Shown here one piece after another: positions 26,568 to 38,766 of a stretch of DNA of 64,000 nt (position 1 is the first letter of the stretch; every line of letters begins with the position of its first letter). Source of the DNA: Verrucomicrobiia bacterium (GTDB lineage Bacteria > Verrucomicrobiota > Verrucomicrobiia > Limisphaerales > UBA1100); the NCBI GenBank assembly GCA_014239365.1, contig JAAZZB010000001.1, forward strand, positions 6,494 through 70,493, in the 5' to 3' direction. The translations under genes were made by a program, and so were the position numbers. The notes beneath the pieces are model-generated. The model worked only from the letters and a program-made list of their open reading frames with translations, was not told where the DNA came from and did not search any database.

Positions 26568-27880
26568 ATGAACACAAAAGCATTTCTCATCGCGGCATTG
26601 GCGGTTTTCTTCGGCGGTTCATTGTCCGCCGACCAACCACGCACGCCGGTTTCTGCGCTGCCCAATTTGGTGTTGTTGGTTTCCGATGATATGGGCTGGA
26701 ATGAGGTGGGTTATCACGGCAGCAAAATTTCCACGCCACACATCGATCGCCTCGCGAAGGATGGTTTGCAGCTGGATCGGTTTTATGTGCATCCCATTTG
26801 CAGCCCCACGCGCACGGCGTTGATGACCGGTCGGTCGCCCGCGCGTTTTGGCATCACGGCGGCGTTGACGCGCGGCGCGGGTGTGCCTTTGAGTGAACAT
26901 TTTATGCCGCAAACTTTTCAGAAAGCGGGCTACCAAACTTTCATTGTCGGCAAATGGCACCTCGGCAATCGGGGCGATGAGTACGGTCCGCGCCAACGCG
27001 GCTTTGATCATTTTTATGGCTGCCGCGGCGCGAAGGTGGATTACTACACGCACCTCGGCCCGCGCGGTTTGGATTGGCAACGCAACGGCGAACCCCTTCG
27101 TGAGGAGGGCTATTCCACTGACCTCTTCGCCGCCGAGGCCATTCGATTGATAAAAAATCGCAATCGCCGCCAGCCGATGTTTTTGTATTTGCCATTCAAC
27201 GCGCCGCATCCTGTTGCGCAGGCACCGGCGGCGTTAATTGAGCAATATGCCAAGCTTGGGTTCACCGGACAAAACACCGCCCACGCCGCCGCTATCGACG
27301 CGATGGATCAAGCGATCGGTCGCGTACTTGCGACGATTGAAACTGAAGGGATGGCGCGCAATACGTTGGTGATGTTTTTTTGCGACAACGGTTCCGGCGG
27401 TGGCGGACGCGGCTTGCGCGGCAGTGGGCCAAAAGGCGGCGCGGGCCAACTCGCGTTACGCGGCGGCAAGGGGAGTGTGTTCGAGGGCGGCATTCGGGTG
27501 CCGGCGGTGCTGCGTTGGCCGGGCGTGATTCCGGCGGGGGCCAAGAGTGGTCAGTTGGTTTCCGATGTCGACTTGTTTCCCACCCTCGCCGCGGCGATGG
27601 GGATTGCGCCCAAAAACTCAAAGCCATTCGATGGCGTGAATTTGTGGGACGCGCTACGCAACAACAAAACTGCCCAGCGCAAGCCGGTGGTGGTGGCCGG
27701 TTCGCGAGGGGAATTCGCGCTATTGCAGAACCAATGGAAACTCATTTTGAGCCCTCAACAAACGAGCCTTTATAATGTGACCAAAGACCCCACCGAAAGC
27801 CGCGATGTGATTTTGGATCACCCCATCATTGCCGCCGAATTGGCCGATGCACTCGCGCCTTACAAAACACCGGAAAAAGA

Positions 27881-27884
<4 letters not shown>
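26568..27884 (+). CDS. Arylsulfatase (formylglycine-dependent sulfatase family)
   Basis: Signal peptide, then [18 protein letters not shown] and the CxPxR site [12 protein letters not shown]. Further motifs are KWHLG and FFCDNG. Confidence 0.9.
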
Positions 27885-29044
<1,160 letters not shown>

Positions 29045-29047
29045 TTA

Positions 29048-29102
29048 GGTAGGGCGCGCTGTCTCAGCGCGCCGCGGCGCGGTGGGGACACCGCGCCCTA
29101 CC
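29048..29102. terminator. GC-rich hairpin between convergent genes (putative bidirectional terminator)
   Basis: ggtagggcgcg-(33 nt)-cgcgccctacc, flanked by A/T-rich sequence (taatta / attattt). It sits between stops at 29044 (+) and 29104 (-). Confidence 0.55.
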
Positions 29103-29103
29103 A

Positions 29104-31635
29104 TTATTTCCCCTTCGTTTTCAGCATTGCCTTGATTTTCTCGACGCTTTGGTTGCCCAAAGGGAGCGGCCAGCCGAGGGTATCTTTGTTGGGCTGGAAG
29201 CCACCGCCGTCGACGTCTATCCAGATGGGATTGATGTAGGCGCAAGGCTTGAGGCTGGCGTTGGCGCTGGTGCCGTAACCGGTTTTCAGATCGTGATTCT
29301 CGCCCATGGCCACGACGATGAGGTGGGCGTCGGCCTCGAGATTGATGCTGAACGTGGTGTCCATCACAACGGGGCTGTTGTTAAACATCTTCGGATTTTT
29401 CTTTGCAGTGAGGTTTAAGTTGGGCACTTGTCGGCCGTTCACTAGAACTTGCACGCGGTCGATGTGCACCCAGTCGGCACACTGAATTTTTACTTTCAGA
29501 TTCACCTTGCCGTCTTTGGCGGTGATCTCGCTGCCGGGCAGGGCACCGTTGGCGGTCACTTCAAGAAACGGCCCGGTGGTGAGCATCAGTCGGCCGGCCT
29601 TGGCGTTGCGGATGATTTCCTTGGCGTCAATTTTCGCGGGTGCGTCGGTGCTGCTGGTTACGTAAGTGCGCCAGCCGCCGACGCCGTTGCCGTAAACTGA
29701 ATGTGCGTCGGCCACCGCGATGGCGCGCGTGCGGTAGCCTTGGTTGAGCATCTGTAGCCACACAAACTCGCGCACCTCGCGGACTTGCTCGCGTGTGCCG
29801 CGCCGGTAGAGCGTCCACGGCGCGGTGGCGAGGATGGCGTTGCCGCGAAAATTCTGTGTCTCGATGGCGTCGATGTATTTTTCGTAACCGGCAAATCCAC
29901 CGTCGGGTTTGCCGTCGAGATTGCGGTCCCAAAATTTCTCCGTGAGGTTCGGGTGGTTCACGTGCACCCAACGGTTGGGATCCCAGCCGCCGAAGTTTTG
30001 CAGGGCAATGGTGTTGAGGCGTGGATCATTTTGAAACACCGGCGCGCCGCCATCCTGCGCGAAGGGATTGGGCTTCGGCAACGGAAACGCATTGTGATGC
30101 GAACCCGCGCCGCCGCCCGTGAGCTCGAGGCCGATGACAGTGCTGAGGTGTTCGGAGAGCCCGAGCTTTTTGATGTGGGGCGTCCAGTCGTAAAGGCGGT
30201 TGTGCTCGGTGGTGGGCGCAAACTCAATGTGCTCGGCGGCGAGGTTGATGATGCGGTCGTCGGTGCCGCATTGGTTATCGCCGCTGGGCGTGGAGTGATT
30301 GTGAAAATCCGTGCTCACCCAGCCGCGCGTGTTCACCACACGTTGCAGCGCGCCTTTGACGGGGGCAAACGCTCCGGCTTTCACGATCACCTCGCGCACC
30401 AAATGGTTGTGTTCAATGCCGTGTGTGATCACCAGCCGATACGTGCCCGGATCCAGCGCCACGTTAAACTTGCCCGTTTCCGAGTGCCACTGGTCCACGC
30501 AGCCGTGCGCGCGATTCTGCGGCCCAAGATTCGGCGTGGCGGTTTTGCCCGTGCCGATGAATTGCACCTTGCACGGGGTGTCTTTGCCCGCGGCGTCGGT
30601 GATGGCGAAAGCCACGCCGGAGAGGGGAGGTAGTTCCGTAGTGATTTTAGCTTCATCGCTCTCCTTAACTTCAATAATTTGCTCATGAGTTTTTCTGCCG
30701 CGATCTTCAATTTTAACCTGATATGAGCCAATCGGAAATTGTGTGGCAAACCTTCCATTTTTTTTGGTGTACGCGGGAATCGATTGGCCCTTGGACGTGA
30801 GGGTAATGGTGGCACTATGGATGGCCTTGCCGGTGTTTGACTCGGTGAGTTGAATGCTCAGTAATCCAGTTTTCATGTTGGCGTAGCGCGCGACTTCTCC
30901 AACAGCCTCAGCAGGTGAATTACCCACGGCAAGGAAGCGTATGAATCTGGCGGTTTCGTTAGGCTTGAGTGTTAATTGACTATGAGGCTTGGCCAACCCG
31001 GGTGTTCCTGGAAGTCCTTTAATCCAACCCACTGCATAAGAACCACGATCAGAAGGATCGACTGCGTCGATCCACAGGACGTCTTGAAAAGTTCCGCGCT
31101 TGCCCGAAGGTTTCCAGTAATCTGCTATCGAACCTTTCCGATCTTCATCGGATTTGTTGTGATACCACGAAGTAATTAGTAATCCTCTGGATCGGTGGCC
31201 TAAGTTATATTCATGCCTCTTAAACAGCCCATTGTTGCGCGCCGCATCCACTTCTACTCGGACCCTAGCACCTCCCATTCCTAGTCCGCCTGAGGCTTGA
31301 GCGATGCGCACATTGGACACATTGCCACGATGGCTTCCAGGCGAGAAGATGGTGAGCTGATCATTTTGGCGGGCGTTTAACGTAAGGTCGTACAGGCAAC
31401 CGGGGGTGATGCCACCGTTGCCGTAGAAGGTGCTCATGTTGGGGCGGCGCAGCGGTTGGTTGCCGGAAATGACGGCGGTGATGTGGTCATTGCGCAAAAT
31501 AAAATCACCGATGATGCCGTCGGCTTCTTTGCCTTTGGGGAGTTGATCGGTGTTGTTGGGGCCGACCTCGAACGCCTCCACGGCGGCATGGGTGAGGGCA
31601 GGGGTGAGGAACAGGAGAATGAGGAATTGCTTCAT
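29104..31635 (-). CDS. PHP/CehA-McbA-like metallohydrolase with N-terminal beta-sandwich domains, secreted
   Basis: ATG at 31635 gives a signal peptide MKQFLILLFLTPALTHA. The motif WVSTDFHNHSTPSGDNQCG..EHIEFAPTTEHN is PHP-like (D.H.H...S.D). The family call is tentative. Confidence 0.5.
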   Translation of the reverse strand: MKQFLILLFLTPALTHAAVEAFEVGPNNTDQLPKGKEADGIIGDFILRNDHITAVISGNQPLRRPNMSTFYGNGGITPGCLYDLTLNARQNDQLTIFSPGSHRGNVSNVRIAQASGGLGMGGARVRVEVDAARNNGLFKRHEYNLGHRSRGLLITSWYHNKSDEDRKGSIADYWKPSGKRGTFQDVLWIDAVDPSDRGSYAVGWIKGLPGTPGLAKPHSQLTLKPNETARFIRFLAVGNSPAEAVGEVARYANMKTGLLSIQLTESNTGKAIHSATITLTSKGQSIPAYTKKNGRFATQFPIGSYQVKIEDRGRKTHEQIIEVKESDEAKITTELPPLSGVAFAITDAAGKDTPCKVQFIGTGKTATPNLGPQNRAHGCVDQWHSETGKFNVALDPGTYRLVITHGIEHNHLVREVIVKAGAFAPVKGALQRVVNTRGWVSTDFHNHSTPSGDNQCGTDDRIINLAAEHIEFAPTTEHNRLYDWTPHIKKLGLSEHLSTVIGLELTGGGAGSHHNAFPLPKPNPFAQDGGAPVFQNDPRLNTIALQNFGGWDPNRWVHVNHPNLTEKFWDRNLDGKPDGGFAGYEKYIDAIETQNFRGNAILATAPWTLYRRGTREQVREVREFVWLQMLNQGYRTRAIAVADAHSVYGNGVGGWRTYVTSSTDAPAKIDAKEIIRNAKAGRLMLTTGPFLEVTANGALPGSEITAKDGKVNLKVKIQCADWVHIDRVQVLVNGRQVPNLNLTAKKNPKMFNNSPVVMDTTFSINLEADAHLIVVAMGENHDLKTGYGTSANASLKPCAYINPIWIDVDGGGFQPNKDTLGWPLPLGNQSVEKIKAMLKTKGK

Positions 31636-31757
31636 AGCGTTGAGGGCATTGTGGCGGCGAGGAATCAGGTGGCAAGTGAATTCATTATAATAGGCACAAC
31701 GGTGAGCGCACCCCGGACTTTTCATTTCGCTGGTTTTTTGCTAAAAGCCTCGCGTTC

Positions 31758-34700
31758 ATGGCGAGGAAAACTAAATCAAACGCGTCGGCGTCTCTCGCGC
31801 CGATGAAGTTATTGGCGGCTAATCGCAGCGAAATTGCTATCCGCATCTTTCGCGCGGCTACGGAGATGGATCTGCGCACGGTTGCGATTTATGCGCAGGA
31901 AGACCGGCTCGCGGTGCATCGGTTTAAGGCGGATGAGGCGTATATGGTGGGCGCGGGCAAGGGGCCGGTGGGCGCGTATCTCGATATTGAAGGCATCGTG
32001 GGGATGGCTTCCGAGCGCGGCGTCAATCTCGTTCATCCGGGCTACGGATTTTTGGCTGAGAATGCTGACTTCGCCGAGGCATGCGCCAAGGCGGGGATGA
32101 CGTTCGTGGGGCCGCGCCCGGAGTTGCTCCGCCAAATGGGTGACAAAACCGAAGCGCGCGCGCTGGCGAAGGCCGCGGGCGTTCCGGTGTTGCCCGGCAC
32201 GGATGACGCGATCAAGACTCGCGCCAAGGCGGTGAAGGTCGCGAAGCAAATTGGGTTTCCGCTCATCATCAAAGCTGCCTTCGGCGGTGGCGGCCGCGGG
32301 ATGCGGGTGGTGCATCAAGCCAAGGATTTGGAGCGGCTGCTCGATGAAGCGCGCGGCGAGGCGGATCGTGCATTTGGAAATCCGGCGGTGTTTCTCGAAA
32401 AGTATGTGCAAAACGCCAAGCACATTGAGGTGCAAATTTTGGGCGATCAACACGGCAACGTTTTGCATTTGCACGAACGCGATTGCTCGGTGCAGCGGCG
32501 TTATCAAAAGGTGGTGGAGATCGCCCCGAGCGTGGCGCTGGATGAAACGGTGCGGGACGAATTGTGCACGGCGTCATTGGAATTGGCCAAGCACATTCGG
32601 TATGACAACGCGGGCACGATGGAGTTTCTGTACGATATGGATTCCAAGGCGTGGTATTTCATCGAGATGAATCCGCGCATTCAAGTGGAGCACACGGTGA
32701 CGGAAGTGGTGACGGGTATTGACCTCGTGCGCTCGCAGATTCAAGTAGCGCAAGGGCACTCGCTGCACGGCGAGGTGATGCAGTTGCCCAAACAAAAAAA
32801 CGTGGCGTGCGTCGGCCACGCCGTGCAATGCCGCGTGACGACGGAAGATCCTGCCAATCATTTCACGCCCGATTACGGGCGCATCATTGCTTATCGGTCG
32901 GCGGCTGGTTTTGGGCTTCGGCTCGATGGCGGGCAGGGCGATGCGGGTAGTGTGATCACTCCGTTTTACGATTCGTTGCTGGTGAAAATCACCGCGAGCG
33001 GGATGAGCTTTCCGCTCGCGCTGGATCGGATGAAGCGTGCGTTGAAAGAATTTCGCATTCGCGGGGTGCAGACGAACATTCCTTTTCTTGAGAACGTGAT
33101 CAAAAACGAAACGTTCCGCAGCGGGCAGGCGAGCACGACGTTGATTGATAACACACCGGAATTGTTTGCCTTCAAGCGTCGGCGCGATCGGGCGAATCGG
33201 TTACTTAATTACATCGGCGACGTGGCGGTGAACGGGAATCCGCAAACGAAAAACTTTGAGGTCAAGGAATCGTTCAAACCCATCGCGCCGCCGGAACACA
33301 ATGGCGATGCCGAGCCGCCTGCGGGCACGCGGCAAATTTTGCTCGATCAAGGCCCCAAAAAATTCGCCGAGTGGACGCGTAAACAAAAGCGGTTGCTCGT
33401 CACCGACACCACTTTGCGCGATGCGCACCAAAGTCTGTTCGCCACCCGAATGCGCACGGTGGATATGTTGCACATCGCCGACGCCATCGCGCATCGCACG
33501 CCGGGGCTCTTCAGCCTTGAGATGTGGGGCGGCGCGACGTTCGACACCGCGATGCGATTCCTGCGCGAAGACCCATGGCAACGCCTACGCCAACTGCGCG
33601 AGGCGGTTCCCAACATTTGTTTCCAAATGCTCTTTCGCGGTTCCAACGCGGTGGGCTATTCGGATTATCCCGATAACGTGGTGCGGGCTTTTGTGAAACA
33701 CGCCGCCGAAAACGGAATGGATATTTTCCGCATTTTTGATTCGCTCAATTATCTCCCCAACCTCAAGGCCGCGATGGAGGCAGTGCAGGATACGCACGCG
33801 GTGTGTGAAGGGACCATTTGTTACACCGGCAATATTCTTGATGCGAAGCGCGACAAGTATCCGCTCAAATATTACGTGAAGCTCGCGAAGGAACTTGAGA
33901 AAATGGGGGCGCACACGCTTTGCATCAAAGATATGGCGGGGCTGTGTCGTCCATACGCCGCGCACAAACTCGTGAAAACATTGCGCGGCGAAGTGGGCTT
34001 GCCGATTCATTTTCACACGCACGACACCAGTGGCGTGAATGCCGCCTCCGTGCTCAAGGCGTCGGAAGCGGGCGTGGATATTGCTGACCTCGCGATTGCG
34101 TCGCTCTCCGGTTCCACGAGCCAGCCGAACCTTAATAGCGTGGTGGCCGCGCTGGATCACACGCCGCGCGAAACGGGTTTAGATCTCGGCACGTTAAATG
34201 AATTTTCTGATTACTGGGAGCAAGTGCGCAAAGTTTATGCGCCGTTTGACACCGGCCCGCGCAGTGGCATTGGCGATATTTACGAGCACGAAATGCCCGG
34301 CGGCCAATACACGAATCTGCGCGAGCAGGCGGAAAGTATGGGGCTCGGCGCGCGTTGGAAGGAAGTGGCGCGCACGTACGCGGAGGTGAACGATTTGTTT
34401 GGCGACATCGTGAAAGTGACGCCGTCCAGCAAAGTGGTGGGCGATATGACGATGTTCTTGGTCACGCGCGGCATCAAGCCGGCAGACGTGGTGAACCTTG
34501 AGCCGGGCGCCACGCCATTCCCGCAATCAGTTATTGATATGATGAAGGGGCGCCTTGGAAAACCCATTGGCGGTTGGCCGCGCCAAGTGCAGCGAGTGGT
34601 GCTTGGAAAACAAAAGCCGCTTAAGGGTCGGCCGGGGGCGGACTTGAAACCGCTGAACCTCGAGCGCACGCGCAAAAAACTGGAGGGCGAAATCCATCGC

Positions 34701-35243
34701 AAAGCCAGCGACGATGCGTTGTTGAGTTTCCTGATGTATCCGGAAGTGTTTAAGGAATACAATAAATTCCGGCGCGAATACGGCGACGTCTCTGTGCTGC
34801 CAAGTTCTACATTTTTTTATGGACTCAAACCCGGCGAGGAAATCGCCGTGGACATCGAGGTGGGCAAGACGCTTTACATCAAGCTCATCAACATCAGCGC
34901 GCCGGACGAGGACGGCTTGCGCACGCTCACCTTCGAGCTGAATGGTTACCCGCGCGAAGTGGAGATTGCCGATGTGTCGCTCAACGTGCAGGAAAAAGTT
35001 CAAGCCAAAGCCGACCCCGGCAACGATCTGCACGTCGGCGCGCCCATCCCGGGCATCATCACCGAGCTGGCCGTGGGCGTGGGCGCGAAGGTGGCGAAGG
35101 GCGACAAACTGATCACGATGGAGGCCATGAAAATGCAAACCACCGTGTACGCCGCCGCCGATGGAGTGGTGGACGCCATCCACATCGACATCGGCGAATC
35201 AGTGGAGGCAAAAGATCTTGTGATGGAATTACGCGAGGCGTAG
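31758..35243 (+). CDS. pyc: Pyruvate carboxylase
   Basis: Biotin-carboxylase N-terminus (KLLAANRSEIAIRIFRAATEM, GYGFLAENADFA, EMNPRIQVEHTVTE). Carboxyltransferase TIM domain (LLVTDTTLRDAHQSL, HFHTHDTSG). C-terminal biotinyl site EAMKMQ. Total 1161 aa. Confidence 0.95.
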   Translation: MARKTKSNASASLAPMKLLAANRSEIAIRIFRAATEMDLRTVAIYAQEDRLAVHRFKADEAYMVGAGKGPVGAYLDIEGIVGMASERGVNLVHPGYGFLAENADFAEACAKAGMTFVGPRPELLRQMGDKTEARALAKAAGVPVLPGTDDAIKTRAKAVKVAKQIGFPLIIKAAFGGGGRGMRVVHQAKDLERLLDEARGEADRAFGNPAVFLEKYVQNAKHIEVQILGDQHGNVLHLHERDCSVQRRYQKVVEIAPSVALDETVRDELCTASLELAKHIRYDNAGTMEFLYDMDSKAWYFIEMNPRIQVEHTVTEVVTGIDLVRSQIQVAQGHSLHGEVMQLPKQKNVACVGHAVQCRVTTEDPANHFTPDYGRIIAYRSAAGFGLRLDGGQGDAGSVITPFYDSLLVKITASGMSFPLALDRMKRALKEFRIRGVQTNIPFLENVIKNETFRSGQASTTLIDNTPELFAFKRRRDRANRLLNYIGDVAVNGNPQTKNFEVKESFKPIAPPEHNGDAEPPAGTRQILLDQGPKKFAEWTRKQKRLLVTDTTLRDAHQSLFATRMRTVDMLHIADAIAHRTPGLFSLEMWGGATFDTAMRFLREDPWQRLRQLREAVPNICFQMLFRGSNAVGYSDYPDNVVRAFVKHAAENGMDIFRIFDSLNYLPNLKAAMEAVQDTHAVCEGTICYTGNILDAKRDKYPLKYYVKLAKELEKMGAHTLCIKDMAGLCRPYAAHKLVKTLRGEVGLPIHFHTHDTSGVNAASVLKASEAGVDIADLAIASLSGSTSQPNLNSVVAALDHTPRETGLDLGTLNEFSDYWEQVRKVYAPFDTGPRSGIGDIYEHEMPGGQYTNLREQAESMGLGARWKEVARTYAEVNDLFGDIVKVTPSSKVVGDMTMFLVTRGIKPADVVNLEPGATPFPQSVIDMMKGRLGKPIGGWPRQVQRVVLGKQKPLKGRPGADLKPLNLERTRKKLEGEIHRKASDDALLSFLMYPEVFKEYNKFRREYGDVSVLPSSTFFYGLKPGEEIAVDIEVGKTLYIKLINISAPDEDGLRTLTFELNGYPREVEIADVSLNVQEKVQAKADPGNDLHVGAPIPGIITELAVGVGAKVAKGDKLITMEAMKMQTTVYAAADGVVDAIHIDIGESVEAKDLVMELREA

Positions 35244-35512
35244 TTTTTGAACTGCAGATTTTTCAAAAGTTATCCACGGTAACGTTCCCCCGAAAACGGC
35301 GTCTCCAATGTGAGATCACTTCATTGCAGGCAGGGCGCCAATTTCCCCTGTTTTTGCCGGTTTCGGCGCGATGCGTGAGAACTAATGCCGTCGTTTTAGG
35401 CTTGCCGATACCACCAAATGTGGTAGTTTTCCACAGGGCCACAATATCTTGTGGCGGCCATTTTATTGGCAAAAGGGGGAAAGGGGCGCCTGAAAACAGG
35501 CGGGGTGTAAGG

Positions 35513-37258
35513 ATGGCATATACTTCATTTAGGGATTTTTGTGTCGCCGCGCAATTGGCGGAGCCGGATCAGTTTGACCAATGGCAAACAGATTGGCGGG
35601 CGGAGCGTGCTGAGGGCGGTGAGGTCGGGGCGTTGCCGGAGTTTCTCTGCAAACGCAGCGGCAAAACTGAAGACGATTTCCTTGCGAGCGTGGCCGAGGC
35701 TTACGATTGGCAACGCATTGAGCTGGGCGAGGTGAAGCCTACCGCCGAGGCGCGCCGCCGCATTTCTTCCAAGATCGCTTCGCAACATCGCGTGGTTCCC
35801 ATTAGCGTTGAAGAGGGTGTGTTGATGGTGGCGGTGTCTGATCCGTTCAACACGGAATTACTCAACGCCGTTCGCTTTGCCGCGAAGGGGCCGGTGCGCT
35901 TTGTGTTGTCCACATCCGAAGACATCGAAAAGAGCTACGAAAAATATTACGGCGTGGGCGCGGAGACGATTGACGAATTGGCGCAGGACGAAGTGGAGGA
36001 TGAGGATGATTTGGAATTGATGTTCGGCGATGAAAAGGAAATCGCCGAAGGCGATCAGGAGGCGAGCATCATCAAATTTGTGAACCAAGTCATTTGGCAG
36101 GCGTACAAAAGCCGCGCGACGGATATCCACTTTGAACCGCACGAGGACGAGCTTCAAATCCGCCATCGGATTGACGGCATCCTGCATCAAATGCCATTGC
36201 CGCCGCAGCTGAAGCTATTGCAGGCCGCACTCATTTCGCGCATCAAAGTAATGAGCGGAATGAACATCGCCGAGAAACGCCTGCCGCAGGATGGCCGCAT
36301 CAACGTGCGCGTGAAAGGCGAGGAGATTGATATCCGTGTCTCCACCGTGCCCACGGTTTATGGCGAAAGCGTTTCGCTTCGGCTGCTCACCCGCGGCAGC
36401 GTGCTCAAGGGAATGGACAGCCTCGGGATGACCGCCAATCTCGAGAAAAACATCCGCGAGGTCATCACCAAACCGCACGGCATTATGTTGGTCACCGGCC
36501 CCACCGGCTCGGGTAAATCCACTTCGCTTTATTCATTTCTTAACACCATCAACTCCATCGATAAACGCATTATGACGGTGGAGGATCCGGTGGAGTACGA
36601 AATGAAAGGCGTCAATCAGGTTTCGGTAAAGAACGATATTGGCCGGACTTTCGCCCACGTGTTGCGACATTTTTTGCGGCAAGATCCCGATGTGATTATG
36701 GTGGGTGAGATTCGCGATGGCGAGACGGCGGAGATCGCCATCCAAGCCGCCAACACCGGCCACCTCGTGTTCAGCACGCTGCACACCAACGACGCGCCGA
36801 GCGCCTTCACGCGGTTGATCGATATGGGCACGGAACCGTTTTTGGTGGCCGACGCGATTGAGGCGATTATGGCCCAGCGGCTGGTGCGCACCTTGTGCCC
36901 GGAATGCAAAGTGGAGCAGCAGGTGTCCAAGGATTATTTGTTGAAAGTGGAATTTCCGCCCACACAAATTTCGGAGGCGCGGTTTTGGCACGGCTCCGGT
37001 TGCGATGCGTGCGGCGCGCGCGGCTATCAGGGGCGGACAGGAATTTACGAATTACTTTCCAATAGCGAGGCATTGCAACAACTGGTGATCGACCGCGCGG
37101 CGGCGTCCACCATTGGCGTGCAGGCGCGGGCGGAGGGGATGGTTTCCCTGCGCGAATACGGCTGGGGCCAGGCATTAGCCGGGAAGACCTCCATTGAAGA
37201 AGTGTTGCGTGTGACGCAAGCGCCCGATTCGGGCGATGAACCGCAGGAGAATTTTTAG
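35513..37258 (+). CDS. Type II secretion / type IV pilus assembly ATPase (GspE/PilB family)
   Basis: ATG at 35513 follows GTAAGGA. T2SSE_N-like N-domain, Walker A GPTGSGKST, Asp box, Walker B IMVGEIRD, His box and a tetracysteine motif CPECK..CDACGARGY. Confidence 0.9.
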   Translation: MAYTSFRDFCVAAQLAEPDQFDQWQTDWRAERAEGGEVGALPEFLCKRSGKTEDDFLASVAEAYDWQRIELGEVKPTAEARRRISSKIASQHRVVPISVEEGVLMVAVSDPFNTELLNAVRFAAKGPVRFVLSTSEDIEKSYEKYYGVGAETIDELAQDEVEDEDDLELMFGDEKEIAEGDQEASIIKFVNQVIWQAYKSRATDIHFEPHEDELQIRHRIDGILHQMPLPPQLKLLQAALISRIKVMSGMNIAEKRLPQDGRINVRVKGEEIDIRVSTVPTVYGESVSLRLLTRGSVLKGMDSLGMTANLEKNIREVITKPHGIMLVTGPTGSGKSTSLYSFLNTINSIDKRIMTVEDPVEYEMKGVNQVSVKNDIGRTFAHVLRHFLRQDPDVIMVGEIRDGETAEIAIQAANTGHLVFSTLHTNDAPSAFTRLIDMGTEPFLVADAIEAIMAQRLVRTLCPECKVEQQVSKDYLLKVEFPPTQISEARFWHGSGCDACGARGYQGRTGIYELLSNSEALQQLVIDRAAASTIGVQARAEGMVSLREYGWGQALAGKTSIEEVLRVTQAPDSGDEPQENF

Positions 37259-38766
37259 TGGCCGATTCCAACGACAAACCCAAGCCTCGGCCGAAGCCCA
37301 AAGCTAAAGCTACGGCAACAGCAAAAGCGCAGCCCGCTGAGGCATTGCCCGCCGCGTGCAATGTGGTGGATTGTTCCTCGGGTCGGCAACAGTTCTGGCG
37401 GTTCACCGGCAGCAAAAACCAGATGAAGCTGGTGGACGTGCGCGAGGCTGAGCTGGACGAAAAAATTCCAACCAAACATCTCGATCGCGATTCCAGCCAA
37501 ATGTGGCGCGCGCATTGCCAAAACGATGCGTGGTTGCCGGCGGACAAAGTCTTTTTCCGCGTGCTGCATTTGCCTTTGTGCGACGCGCGCGAGTTGCCGG
37601 GAATGGTGGAGCTGCAGTTGGAAAAAGTTTCGCCATTGCCGTTGGGGCGCGCGGTGTGGTCCTTTGAGGTGGTTCCCGCGCATCGCGCGGATCGCGAGCA
37701 ACAAACCGTCGTGGTGATGCTCGCCGAGCGCGCGGTGGTGGAGGAATGCGTGGGCGAGTTGGAGAAGGCCGGATATTTTCCTGACCGCCTTGAGGCGGCG
37801 GTGATGCATCAGGTTTTGGCCACGCCGCAGGGCGGCGAGCGGCCCGATGGCGCGTGGGTTTACCCGCGCTTTCTCGAGGAGCGCGTGGTGTGCACCGTTG
37901 CGTGGTGGGACGAAGGGGTGTTGCAAAACATCACACAAATTATTCTGTCCTCCGCCGAGCATCTTAATGAACTCACCGAGCAACTCACTGCCACCACTTG
38001 GGCGGGCGAGATGGAAGGCTGGCTTACCGGCAGTACGCACTGGCATTTGGTCATCGCTTCGGAACAGGGCGAGCAATGGCTGCCCGCTCTAAACGAATGG
38101 GCCGGGCAGGGAATGCAAGTACAAGCGCCGCCCGATGCCAGTGCGCTGGCGGCGGCCTGTGCCACGCGCGCCACGCGTCCGCTGGAGCAGGGCAACCTCA
38201 TGCCGCCCGAACGCCGGGCGCACTATCATCGACAGGATGTGGATCGCGTGCTCGGCGGCATTCTCACATGGATGCTTTTGTTTTATGTGATGTTGCTTGC
38301 CGGTTATTTTGTTTTGAATTCGCAAACTGCCGTAAAGGAAGAAGCCAAATTTCAGCAGTTGAAAAAAATGAAGGCGATGGAAGAGGAGGTTGTGCTGCTT
38401 AAAGAGAAACACAAGCTGTTGGTGCTGCAGCGCAGCAGTCGCAAGACCGCCCTGCAAGTGCTCAAGGAAGTGGCCAATCAAATGCCGGAAGAACTCACCT
38501 TGAGCTACATTAACTCAGTGGAAGTTCGCGGCGAAGGGAGCAACATCACTCTCAACGGCCAGATGACCTCCGGGCACGGCAAACAAGTGGACGCCTACCG
38601 CAACAATCTCGCAAGAATTATGGTGGCCGATCCGGTTTCCAATAAGCAGCGCAAGTTGTTTCACGCGGTCAACACATCTCATACGCGAGCCGGCGCAGCC
38701 GGCGTTGAGGGGCCCGGGCGCTGGACGATTGTTTGCACCTTGCGCCCCGACATCCAGTTGAAATGA
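37258..38766 (+). CDS. PilM-like/PilN-like fusion protein (pilus/secretion assembly), tentative
   Basis: The GTG start overlaps the upstream TAG. A K/P/A-rich N-terminus is followed by a cytoplasmic region, then a single TM ILTWMLLFYVMLLAGYFVL, a coiled coil and a periplasmic domain typical of PilN. Position between the ATPase and PilO-like/secretin genes supports the call. Confidence 0.5.
   Translation: MADSNDKPKPRPKPKAKATATAKAQPAEALPAACNVVDCSSGRQQFWRFTGSKNQMKLVDVREAELDEKIPTKHLDRDSSQMWRAHCQNDAWLPADKVFFRVLHLPLCDARELPGMVELQLEKVSPLPLGRAVWSFEVVPAHRADREQQTVVVMLAERAVVEECVGELEKAGYFPDRLEAAVMHQVLATPQGGERPDGAWVYPRFLEERVVCTVAWWDEGVLQNITQIILSSAEHLNELTEQLTATTWAGEMEGWLTGSTHWHLVIASEQGEQWLPALNEWAGQGMQVQAPPDASALAAACATRATRPLEQGNLMPPERRAHYHRQDVDRVLGGILTWMLLFYVMLLAGYFVLNSQTAVKEEAKFQQLKKMKAMEEEVVLLKEKHKLLVLQRSSRKTALQVLKEVANQMPEELTLSYINSVEVRGEGSNITLNGQMTSGHGKQVDAYRNNLARIMVADPVSNKQRKLFHAVNTSHTRAGAAGVEGPGRWTIVCTLRPDIQLK

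Noticed and set aside
35244-35512. Possible riboswitch or ncRNA in the 269-bp pyc-pilB spacer
   Set aside because: I see only a weak AT-rich hairpin (tttttgaa..ttcaaaa) right after the pyc stop. I could not recognise any conserved riboswitch-like motif by eye.
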